Shown: one piece after another, positions 23,332-34,201 of the stretch | How the letters are laid out: every line of letters begins with the position of its first letter | Numbering within the stretch: position 1 is the stretch's first letter | Assembly (NCBI RefSeq): GCF_006345805.1 | Contig: NW_021831678.1 | Coordinates: 1-34,644 of the forward strand | DNA length: 34,644 nt | Direction: 5' to 3' | From: Octopus sinensis | Lineage: Eukaryota | Program-made: the position numbers and the translations under genes | Notes under the pieces: generated by a model | Databases searched by the model: none | What the model was told of the DNA's origin: nothing | What the model saw: the letters and a program-made list of their open reading frames with translations, nothing else

Positions 23332-24244
23332 ATGTCCAGAGCATGGAGACGTGACGAGCTGGATTTATTCGTACGAGCATGGGAGTGCGCCGGCGGAGAT
23401 AGCCCTAGGGAGGTGATTGCGGCTGCGCTGAAGAGCAGAGGCTACAAGAGGACAGCGGCTCAGATGGAGCGAAAGAGACAGGAATTCGTGCGCTCATATG
23501 CGCTTGTACGGTCGCACATTGGCGCACTTGATGCCATCTTTGAGAACGAGCGGAGCAAAGATGGCAAGAATGGAGACGATGAAAGAAGTCACCCCCACCT
23601 GGTGGGGACGCCGGGAGGAGGTTTTGAATGAGAAACCTGCCCGGGAAGTGAACCCAGGTGCAAGTTCTCCAACCGGCAGCAAGGGCCATGGAGACGGAGA
23701 ACCCGGTGAAGAGGTAGAGGGAGGAAGAAGAACTAAAAGAAGGACTGGAAGAGCTAAAGGAACAGAAAAAGCTCAAGCAGGACCAAAGTGTGAAACAACC
23801 AGAAATAGAAGTGGAACCGCAAAGGATGGAACCAAACAGCGCACACGGGTGTGTATGTTCTACCTGAGAGGTTCTTGCTGGCATGGAAAGGAAGGTTCAG
23901 GCTGCCGCTTTGCACATCGGGGACCCTGCCACAGAGACACGAGGCAGATGGACAAACCATCAACACAAAGAAAAGGGATGGACCACGCACCACCTGCCCC
24001 AAAACGGAGGTACGCAGATGTTGTGCGCGCCACAAACAGCCAACATGATGTTGTCGAAAGAGCAGCTGCTGAGCAACAATCTTTTTTGTGCATGGCACAA
24101 AAGATTGTACAGCAGCTGACCTGGCTTCATCAAACCCAAGCCCGCAGGTGGGACTACCCACTATATACCAGACCACCACAGCAAACAGACACAGGATGGA
24201 CACCGCCGGCAACAACGTACACCTCACCTCGATACTCCTACTGA
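23332..24244 (+). pseudogene. LINE ORF1: Myb/SANT(trihelix)-like N-terminus + CCCH zinc finger; one frameshift near 23550
   Basis: W..E...F..AW....IA..L..RGY.RT..Q..RK...F..SY pattern; C-x7-C-x8-C-x3-H (CMFYLRGSCWHGKEGSGCRFAH). Confidence 0.7.
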
Positions 24245-27180
24245 ACATCAGAGGACTGCAAACACTCAGTAACAGGACAAAGATCCCGTTCCTGAGAGAC
24301 TTTGTTGCATGCAATCAAGCCTTATGCATAGCACTTACAGAAACGCACCTGAAACCGGACATAGCAGATGCGGAGTTACACATACCACAGTATGCTGTAC
24401 TACGGACCGACAGGAAAGAAAGGAGTCATGGAGGTGTTGCTATGTACATCCGTGAGGACCTCACACCCCAGGTCCTCTTGTCATACTCAAACTCGGTGTG
24501 TGACACACTAATTGTACATATTAGGCAACTTGATGTAGTTGTGTGTGCTACATATCGCCCTCCAGATGCCCCAAGCCATGTGGGCAAGTTTGAAGACTGC
24601 CTTATAAAAATAGAAGAAATTCTAACCACATTAGAGCAACACATAGGTGTGCTTCTTATGGGAGACTTCAATCTGCCAATGTCAGATGGCCCGAGGGCCT
24701 TTCTCTCCCAGGATGACAAGATGTGAACGAGGACAGGCGAGGTCCCTCCTGAACCTCATCAACACCCTGTACATGGAGCAGGTAATACTCCAACCAACCA
24801 GGGCAGGTAACACACTGGATCTCTGCTTCACAAATGACATGGATCTCATCCATAATGTGAAAGTGACACCGACACTACTCTCGGATCACAACATGATAGA
24901 GCTGACCATGTACGGGCCAAAAGAGAGCACGGACATGCAGCCTACAAGAAACCCTCAAAATCTTTCCAGCTTGAACTACCATAAGGCAAACTGGAAACAA
25001 ATTGAGAAAGAGATCCGCAAAACAAAATGGCCTAAATGTCTCTCCTCGCCAGACATCGACGTGAAACTTCAACAATTCATGTCTGTAATGCAAGCCATAT
25101 GCTACAAATGTGTCCCAGAGAGAAAGGCCACTGTACACAAGAACAAAATCCCCAGAGAGAGGAAAATCTTAATGAGACGGCGTACGAAATTTTCAAATCG
25201 CCTAAACAAACAGATTGAAAGCAGTGAAAAGTCCCGCCTAAAAATAAAACTGTTGGAAATCGAAAAATGTCTGCAACTCTCCATGAAAAAGAAAGAGCAG
25301 ACAAAGAAGCCTGGGCTATAGAAAACATAAAATCTAACCCCAGAGCTTTCTACAGGTATGCCAAAGAAACAGCTACAGTGCACTGTAGAATAGGGCCACT
25401 CCTCGAAAAGGATGGCACACTTACAGGAAAACCAATGAGGGTAAGTGAAATACTGAATGAGCAATTCAAGAGTGTTTTCACTCCACCCCTTGGGCATCTC
25501 CAAATCACCAATCCAACTGACTTTTTTACCACTGCAGATATAAAATCAGGCGGCGACGATAGAGATTACATCGATAAAGGAAGACGATGTAACAAGGCTA
25601 TAGATGAAATGAAAACAGACTCAGCTACTGGCCCCGATGGATTCCCGGCAATCCTCCTAAAAGCATGTAAGAGAGTCCTAGCAAGACCACTGCAGTTCCT
25701 CTTTCAGAGCTTCCTTGCAGCTGGCAAACTTCCAGGAAAACTGAAGGAAGGTAAAATATGCCCCATTCATAAAGGAGGTAGCAGAGCGGAAGCCAAGAAC
25801 TATAGACCTATCTCTCTGACCTCACACATCAGCAAGGTCATGGAACGAATAGTCAGAAGGAAGCTGATCACCTTCCTTGAAGAGAATGACTTGCTGCCCG
25901 ACACCCAACATGGTTTCCGACCAGGAGAAGCTGTTTAACTCAGCTCCTACAACACTATGACTGGGTGCTGAAACGGCTGCTCAACCACTCAAATGTGGAA
26001 GTGATATATCTCGACTTTGCAAAGCCTTTGATAAAGTCGATCATGGAATGATATGTCACAAACTGCGTGATCTCAACATAGTTGGAAAACTGGGAGAATG
26101 GCTTCATGACTTTCTGAAGGATAGAAGTCAGGTGGTAGTAGCCAATGGGGCCACTCCATTAACACACAAATAGTGAGCGGTGTTCCGCAGGGCACTGTTC
26201 TGGGACCACTACTGTTCATAATGGCCTCTCAGACATGTCCTCAGCCACGCAGAGAGCCACGATCACAAGTTATGCAGATGATACAAACGTTTCACAGGCA
26301 ATACAGAACCCTGAGGACACTAAACACCTGCAATGTGAGCTGGACAAAATATACAAGTGGGCTGAAAAGAATAGCATGCAGTTCAATGCTGGAAAGTTTC
26401 AAGCTTTATACTATCAGCATGCAAAACTGAATGCAATACCCAATGAATACACTGGACCCGGAGGGATTGCAATCCCAGAGGCACAATCAGTGCGTGACCT
26501 GGGTATTCACATGAGTGATGACGCGACCTTTCATGTACATGTTGCTAAAATGACAATGAAATGTAGACGGCTGGCTGGATGGATTCTTAGAACCTTTAGA
26601 ACAAGAGAACAAAAAACCATGATGGTCCTCTGGAAGACACTTGTCCTAAGCGCGCTTTGACTATTGCTCTCAGCTATGGTCACCATCCAGTGTCAAGTTG
26701 ATCACAGAACTTGAGGCGATCCAACGAAGCTACACAAAGAAGATAGCCTCTATGCAGAATGTAAGCTACTGGGAAAGACTCAAGAGATTAAAATTATATT
26801 CTCTGGAGCGTAGGCGGCAAAGATATGCCATAATATACATCTGGAAGATCCTGGAGGGAAGTGTCCTGAACTTTGGCATCGAGAGTTACGCAAATGCCAG
26901 AACTGGGCGCCACTGCGTGGTGCCTAGGACTCCAACCTGCCATCAAGATGTAGGACAAGATTCTGTGATAGCCTGGGCTTCCGAGGCCCACAGCTCTTCA
27001 ATATCCTCCCGAAGAACCTGAGAGACCTGCATGGGGTGGATACAGATGTCTTTAAAATGAAGCTGGATCTCTTCCTGTCAGGTGTCCCAGATGAACCAAT
27101 TCACGGCGGGAGGGGCAGATGAGGGCAGCTGCTCGAACTCTCTCATGCACCAAATAGCAGTTGCTAGAAAGCCTCCATGA
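24196..27180 (+). pseudogene. LINE ORF2 (AP endonuclease + reverse transcriptase), multiple frameshifts
   Basis: LLNIRGL, LTETHL, YRPPD, GDFNLP, TLDLCFT, NYRPISLTS, QHGFRPG, SGVPQGTVLGPLLF, YADDT, LYSLERRRQRY. Confidence 0.95.
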
Positions 27181-27292
27181 AGTGAAACCAAGTAGCAACA
27201 CCAAATGGCGGTGCCCCAGCATGGCCACAGCTCATAAGCTGAAACTAGAATCAATCAATCAATCAATCAATCACTTCATAATATGGCGTTCC

Positions 27293-27325
<33 letters not shown>

Positions 27326-27639
27326 TATTTCTATAATGTCTATTGACCTCATTAGCCATTTAGTTCGGCCTGCAGTGTCAATAGAGTTTTAAAGATAATT
27401 ATCAGTAGCCAGCCGGCGAGATTTAGATTGTGCTTCAAATCCGTCCCACAAAGCCAAATGAGTTTGACACAGTAAGACGGAAACTGTGTAAATGTATCAC
27501 GTAGTTATGCAACAAATTCAAGATGATATGTAATTTAACACAAATATCAAACTTCAAAGCTTGTCGCACAAAAAAGCTAGGCCATAAATAACAAAATACA
27601 AAGTAAAACACATGCATACATACATTTGCACATATAAGC

Positions 27640-27648
27640 ATATATGCA

Positions 27649-27680
<32 letters not shown>

Positions 27681-27713
27681 CATTATTATATATGATATAT
27701 ATATGTATATATT

Positions 27714-27801
<88 letters not shown>

Positions 27802-28099
27802 ATATTACACACATACACGCACTTACACATAAAAACATATATATTATCTTGATGATTTGAAAATTCTATAATGTTAAAAACACTGTTGATGATCTGAAAA
27901 AGGTAATAAATATTACGATCAGCAATAAAAAGCCTGATGCAGACGATTTGCAGCGCAGTAACATTTGTAAGAGCAAAGACGTAAAAAGCAAATAATAATT
28001 GAAGTTTGTTACATCGACATAATTAATTCTGCCTCGCCTTTCATATGATACACTTGTGTGAGAAAGCGGCATATACATATACATATACATATACATGCA

Positions 28100-28135
<36 letters not shown>

Positions 28136-28147
28136 TAATATATATAC

Positions 28148-28199
<52 letters not shown>

Positions 28200-28224
28200 G
28201 CATACATACATACATATATATATA
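27640..28224. repeat. (TA)n/(CA)n/(CATA)n microsatellite cluster
   Basis: Direct reading. Confidence 0.85.
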
Positions 28225-29238
28225 TGATCTAGTAATCTCAAGATTAATCAGCCGAAATTACTACGATGATCCGGTTCTTGACTGAAGACTGAGGGTTTCG
28301 AATGTCCTGTCCGTGTTTATTGTATCGTCTTCTAAGAGTTATACGTTCTTGTCCATGTTGTATTTTTCTACATACCTTAACATATATTCCAGGCCACGTA
28401 CCCTCTTAACATTAATGTGAGCACATATTCTTAATAACTGGTACGACTCTTTGTTTGTCTCTCTCTCTCTCTCACTTTTACTTGATCTGTCCCCTTCTCT
28501 CTCTACTCATCCTCTTTTTCTCTTCTCTTTCCTCTGATTCTTTGGTCTAATCTTCCACTACCCTCCTATTTCTTTGTCTCGCTCTGCACTCACAGGTCAA
28601 TCTTCGACACCCATCCCTTCTCCTCTCTGATTCCTTCTTTCTCTCTCTTCTCTCTCTTTGTTGCGTTTGTCCCTCCTCTCTCTCTCTCCTCTCTCTCTCT
28701 TCCGTTGCTTCTCTTTCTTTTCTTTTCTCTCTTCTCTGTCACGTGACTGCTGGCCGAAATCTGCCTTTCAGCTTCTGACCAGCGTCGTGTTAACATCGTT
28801 GTTTTTCGTCCGCCGCTATAGGCATCGCCGATAAGGCTCCTTTCCTTGCGCCAGAGAAAAAATTTGTTTGCTTGTTATCAGTCGTAAGACACTTGTTGTT
28901 GTTTTCACCGTTAATGCTTCTGTATTTCATGTTTCTGTATTCCATTATTTTTTTGTTTTTTTATATTCGTCCCTTTTGCTGTCCTGGTGTCCGTATGCAT
29001 TCGATCCTTCTTCCAGGAAATCTACGCTCCCAGCTTACTTTTTCTAATGCTCGTTGCTTAGTTTTTCTTGGAGGGCTGGCCGTGATCTAGTAATCTCAAG
29101 ATTAATCAGCCGAAATTACTACGATGATCCGGTTCTTGACTGAAGACTGAGGGTTTCGAATGTCCTGTCCGTGTTTATTGTATCGTCTTCTAAGAGTTAT
29201 ACGTTCTTGTCCATGTTGTATTTTTCTACATACCTTAA
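28225..29238. mobile_element. 1014-bp non-coding element with identical 156-bp terminal direct repeats (pseudo-LTR/TRIM-like)
   Basis: 28225-28380 = 29083-29238 base for base; flanked by (TA)n on both sides. Confidence 0.85.
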
Positions 29239-29256
29239 TATATATATATATATATA

Positions 29257-29304
<48 letters not shown>

Positions 29305-29306
<2 letters not shown>

Positions 29307-29405
29307 GGGAGATTCTTCTTATAGTAGAAGAAATAGCTAAATTTTTTGGCTGCTATTTCTAAAAGCTCGGTAAGTGTAAAAGCAATTTTTTTTGCTGAAC
29401 CCTAA
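29305..29405 (+). repeat. Fragment of the repeat that also follows the 33430 hammerhead
   Basis: TAGTAGAAGAAATAGCTA...GCTATTTCTA...GCTGAAC matches 33618-33712. Confidence 0.75.
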
Positions 29406-29904
29406 TTATATAAAGTAATATATATACATATATATATATATATATTTATATTTTTATATATATATATATATATGTATGTATAGATGCATGTGTAGTGTTT
29501 GTATGTATGGATATCGTGGAGAGAGATTAGCTTCTATTAGCGGAATTATTTGCTCATGGATTATTGTGTAAGGGGCTACAATTTTCAGATGTAGAACCAG
29601 CATGACAGCATGTGACAGGATTCCAATATTTATTTAGCGTTACAATCACCCAGGTGGGGCCTTTTTTTATTTCAGTTACTGTCTGTCTAACACAATTCAC
29701 CACGAAAAGGCTGGCCTGGCACTTTAAAACGGACCCGTGCACAACGTGCGTCAAGGGTTGGGATCGAACTCGAGACGCTGTGATTACCAGAAAAACTTTT
29801 TCACTCTATGATGTGCGTGTGTCTCTTTCTCACTCTTTCTGTACATATGTGTGTGTGTATGTGTGTGTGTGTGTGTGTGTGTGTTTGTATGTGTTTGTGT
29901 GTGT

Positions 29905-30100
29905 GTATGTAAGTATATACATTTTTGTTCTCTCTGCCTTTCTGCGTTCTCTCTCCATTTCTTCCCTTCAATCCTTTCTATCGAAGAGCGTAGGCTCGAA
30001 ACGTCAAACACTTTTCCATTTCTCCCAATTGTCAACCTAATACACTTGCTTTTTGCTCCTTAAACTATCTTCGTCTTTTGTTTTCTGTAAATTTGAACTA
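29905..30100 (+). mobile_element. Short repeat between microsatellites with a decayed minimal hammerhead
   Basis: CTTT-CTATCGA-A-GAGC GTAG GCTC-GAAACGTC-AAAC; related to 10960-11130. Confidence 0.55.
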
Positions 30101-30147
30101 TACACACACACACACACGCATATATGTGTGTATGTGACTATATATAT

Positions 30148-30186
<39 letters not shown>

Positions 30187-30302
30187 TGCCTATGTGTGCG
30201 TACGTGTATGTATGTGTGTGTGTCTGAGTCTGTGTGTTTATGCGTGTGTGTATATTAATGCTTGCTTTTATGTCGAGTTATAACCCTTTCCTGTCGACGA
30301 TA

Positions 30303-30483
30303 GGCAGTAGGATTGAAATTTTGGTGGAGATTGGCTCTTAATTACATCAACGGCGTTTCTCAACTGTAACACTCATGTTATCGACCCCGAAAGGGAAGAA
30401 AAAGCAAATTCGACCTCGGCTGATTTTGAACTCAGAACGCAAGGACAAACGAAATGTTGCTAACGATTCTGACAGCTTGTCAC
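30303..30483 (-). mobile_element. SINE family A, degenerate
   Basis: TATCGACCCCGAAAGG...TTCGACCTCGGC...TTTGAACTCAGAACG. Confidence 0.7.
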
Positions 30484-30535
30484 ATTCATATTGATTTAAA
30501 ATAAAACATTTCACCTTAAAACTTGTAATATCTAT

Positions 30536-30921
30536 ATTCTTTTACTTGTTTCAGTCATTTGACTGCAGCCATGCTGGAGCACCGCCTTTAATCGAGCAAA
30601 TCGACCCCGGGACTTATTCTTTGTAAGCCTAGTACTTATCCTATTAGTCTCTTTTGCCGAACCGCTAAGTGACGGGGACGTAAACACACCAGCATCGGTT
30701 GTCAAGCAATGCTAGGGGGACAAACACAGACACACATATATATATATACATATATACGACAGGCTTCTTTCAGTTTCCGTCTACCATATCCACTCACAAG
30801 GCATTGATCGGCCCAGGGCTATAGCAGAAGACACTTGCCCAAGATGCCACGCAGTGGGACTGAACCCGGAACCATGTGGTTGGTTAGCAAGCTACATACC
30901 ACGCAGCCACTCCTGCGCCTA
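30536..30921 (-). mobile_element. SINE family B, full length
   Basis: Reverse complement of the family B body. Confidence 0.92.
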
Positions 30922-30989
30922 TATATTTTTATCTTCCTTTAACAAGAAAGGTGCTAACATTTACTTCAAGTTTCAGCCAGCTATGATTC

Positions 30990-31680
30990 ATCGGGCTCTC
31001 CGTTGTCGGCAAGTAGGCTGAAACTCTGATTTCTGGGGGTTGAGAGAGATGGAAAGCAGGCGACTAGACGTGTTCAGATGAGATGTCTGACGGCTATGTT
31101 GGTGCGACACGGATGGACAGGATGAGGAGTGAGTGGATGCGAATGCGAGCAGGAATGAGGGAAAAACTAACAACGAAGATATATAGACAAATGTTGAATT
31201 TAAAATTTAATAAGAGTAGAAATTGATATTAATCAATTAAAACCAGTGGCCCAGCATATCAAAAAATCCGAAGATTAAAATATTTTTACATACAAAATTT
31301 AAAGGACTGACCACTCAAAAAGTGGACAGTCAACATGCTAGATATAGACGTCAAATCGCTATTTTCCACAAACATATTCTTTGTGGAAAATAGCGATTTG
31401 ACGTCTACATCTAGCATGTTGACCGTCCACGTTTTGAGTGGTCAGTCCTTTAAATTTTGTAGACAAATGTTGAGGTATTTGGCCACATGGAGAGGATGGA
31501 TGAGGAGTGGATGCATAAGGAGGTTGATGAAGGCAGAAGTGTTAGGCGGCAGAACCAGAGGCAAACCACAGTTTGTGTGGAAAGACTGAGTGAAGAAAGC
31601 TTTGGTAGTTATAGGCGTTGGAGTGAGAGAGGCAAGTGAGTTTATGAATGACAGGAAACTTTATTTGTGGACAGATGATT
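30990..31680 (+). mobile_element. RTE-clade LINE 3' fragment, interrupted
   Basis: Frameshifted pieces ...ESRRLDVF...TRMDRMRSEW...RQMLRY(F)GHMERMDEE...MKAEVLGGRTRGKPQFVWKD. Confidence 0.75.
31198..31461. mobile_element. Insertion ending in an 82-bp-arm palindrome, flanked by a 14-bp direct repeat
   Basis: Arms 31291-31372 / 31380-31461 (3 mismatches, 7-nt loop); TAGACAAATGTTGA at 31184-31197 and 31460-31473. Confidence 0.85.
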
Positions 31681-31889
31681 GAATTTGATGCTGTTCGAAG
31701 GGGTATGGAACTAGCATGATGCGGCGGGGGTGAACCAGCATATGATATTGGGGGTAGAGTTCTAGGCCTTGACCCGAGCATAGAACGGGGATCGACTGTT
31801 TGAGTTGGGAAATGAATGGAATGCCTGGTGTGTCTTGTTGTGGCTACCCCTCCTAGAAGATTGGAAAATGGGCTGGGTATACAAAAATA

Positions 31890-32202
31890 TAATATATATA
31901 TACAATATATAGATATATATATATATAATATATATATATATATATAGATATAAACATATTTATCTCTCTCTTTCTGTATATATGTATATATATATTATAT
32001 ATTACGTCATATGTAAACAAAAATAAGTTTGTTTTTGAAACGTTGAAGTGTATTGTAGAACAAGTAGAAGTATATATTTTTCAACACGTAAATGCTGAAT
32101 AGTATACAAAAAGGATGAAATCCTTTTAAGTGCAGAAAAATTTGTCGGCTTTTAAAACGATTTTATTCTTTATATATACTATTCAGTAATTACGTGGTGA
32201 TG

Positions 32203-32267
<65 letters not shown>

Positions 32268-32467
32268 ATTGATATATATATATATATATATATATAAATG
32301 TATATATATAATATATATATTGTATATATATTATATATACAAACAAGTATATATATATGTATGTATATATATATATATATATATATACGTATATATGTAA
32401 GTATATGTTTTAAACATATATATATATATATTATATAATATATTATATATATAATATATATATATAT
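31890..32467. repeat. (TA)n-rich microsatellite region
   Basis: Direct reading. Confidence 0.85.
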
Positions 32468-33030
32468 ACACAAAATTTAAAGGACTGACCACTAAAAAAA
32501 TGGACAGCCTATATGCTAGATAAAGACGTCAAAATCGCCATTTTCCACGAAAATTATTCTCTCAAGAAAAAATTCAGTAAAATTTCAAAGTGTAAAAATA
32601 ATCAAGACAAATGAAAATTCGGTAGAAAATTCGGGTTTACGTGAAATTTTTTATATAATATATAAATAAATAAATGGAATTTAACGCAGGTGTAATTCAA
32701 ATGATTTTACTTCCGACACATGTTTCGAAGATATCACTGATATTATTCCCTATATATGTATGTATATAATTTAAGAGAAATAACCTTTATTAAGAAATTC
32801 ATTAGTGAAAGACATTATGAATATTAGATATATAAAAAATTAAATATACTACATTAAATATTATCCAAAAATTCACTAATACATTTAATGTCTTTCACTC
32901 TTGAATTACTTAATAGAGGTTATTTCTCTTAATTATATACATATATTATATATTGTGAAATTTGATTTAGAAATTGCTGAATTGAATTTTTCCCTGTAAG
33001 TTTGGAAGTATATTCTCAACTATTACATAT
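32468..33030. mobile_element. Degenerate element related to the 31291 palindrome arm, with an internal inverted repeat
   Basis: CAAAATTTAAAGGACTGACCACT...GCTAGAT...GACGTCAAA matches 31293-31370; inverted repeat 32762-32940. Confidence 0.7.
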
Positions 33031-33056
33031 TATATATATATTTATATATATATATA

Positions 33057-33277
33057 TGCGAGGGTGTGTAGAAAGGTTCCTGGTTGCAGGTAAAGTAAAA
33101 GACGGGAGGAACAGTTAATTATGAGTTTATTCAATATAGCCCGGTTTCAGACTCACACACATGTTGCAGCAGTCCTTCATTTTTACTAAGCCCTGTAAAA
33201 GAATTCGGACGGTTGGGTCTCCAACCATGCCTTTTGTGATACCCTTAAAACTAGGTATTTGTCAGCGCTCCCATGTA
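33057..33277 (-). mobile_element. Mini-mariner (about 220 bp) retaining the transposase C-terminus
   Basis: CGAGGGTGTGTAGAAAGGTTCCTGG terminus, degenerate partner at 33245-33277; minus strand reads AWLETQPSEFFY. Confidence 0.6.
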
Positions 33278-33429
33278 TATATATATATATAATATATATA
33301 TAATATATATATTTCACAAATTTGAATTCGGTGATACTAGTGAGGATTCTAGCTCGCTCTGATACTGAGTTGAGTTGGTACCTCCTAGTATCTCAAAATT
33401 CAATATATAATCATTTATGATTATAGTAT

Positions 33430-33536
33430 TCCACGCTGAAGAGAAAAGAAGTTTCGGTAAGATAGAATTATTTAATATTTAATATTTTAATTCTTCTGCT
33501 TTCCTAAAACTTGATTTCGAAACGTACGTCCGTGGA
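33430..33536 (+). ncRNA. Type I hammerhead ribozyme, intact catalytic core
   Basis: Stem I TCCACG/CGTGGA; CTGAAGA 33436-33442; long stem II closed by G33443-C33518; GAAA 33519-33522; palindromic stem III ACGTACGT; GUC cleavage after 33530. Confidence 0.85.
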
Positions 33537-33768
33537 TAACTTTAAAAATGTTTGATAGATTGCGGTTAATTCATTCTCTCTTACCTGTTGTGTCAGCCTT
33601 CCAATTGCTGGTTTTACTGAGATCTTCCTTTTAGTAGAAGAAATAGCTATAACCCTTTGACTGCTATTTCTAAATTCGGTATTGTGGTAAGGCAATTCGT
33701 TGCTGAACACTTATTGCTTAGTATTACTTATATATATATACATATATATATATATCATAAACATATTT

Positions 33769-33991
33769 TACTCTCTTTATTCTTTACATGTTTCAGTCAT
33801 TTGACCGCGGTCATACTGGAGCACCGCCTTTATTCTTTGTAAGCCGAGTACTTATTCTATCGATCTCTTAGGACGAACCGCTAAGTTACGGGAACGCAAA
33901 CATACCAGCATCGGTTGTCAAGCGATATTGGGGGGGGACAAACACAAACACAGACACACACACACACATATACACACATACATAGACACAG

Positions 33992-34034
<43 letters not shown>

Positions 34035-34188
34035 CACATATACACGTATACAAAGGGCTTCATTGAGTTTCCGTCTACCAAATCCACTCACAAGGCTTTG
34101 GTCGGCCCGAGGCTATAGTAGAAAACACTTGCCCAAGGTGCCACGCAGTGGGACTGAACCTGGAACCAAGTGGTTAGTAAGCAAGCTA
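33769..34188 (-). mobile_element. SINE family B, 5'-truncated
   Basis: Reverse complement of the family B body. Confidence 0.9.
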
Positions 34189-34201
34189 TCTATTACGTGT
34201 T

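Larger units (their letters stand above)
23270..27273 (+). mobile_element. Near full-length APE-RT non-LTR retrotransposon (CR1/L2/Proto2-like; clade uncertain)
   Basis: ORF1, APE, RT, short 3' UTR and (TCAA)n tail. Confidence 0.92.

Noticed and set aside
23270-27273. Currently active LINE / intact CDS
   Set aside because: One frameshift in ORF1 and many in ORF2; no TSD identified
28245-28310. CTGAAGA and CCGAAA inside the 156-bp repeats as a hammerhead
   Set aside because: I tried type I and type II topologies; stem I does not pair and the G10.1-C11.1 closure is missing
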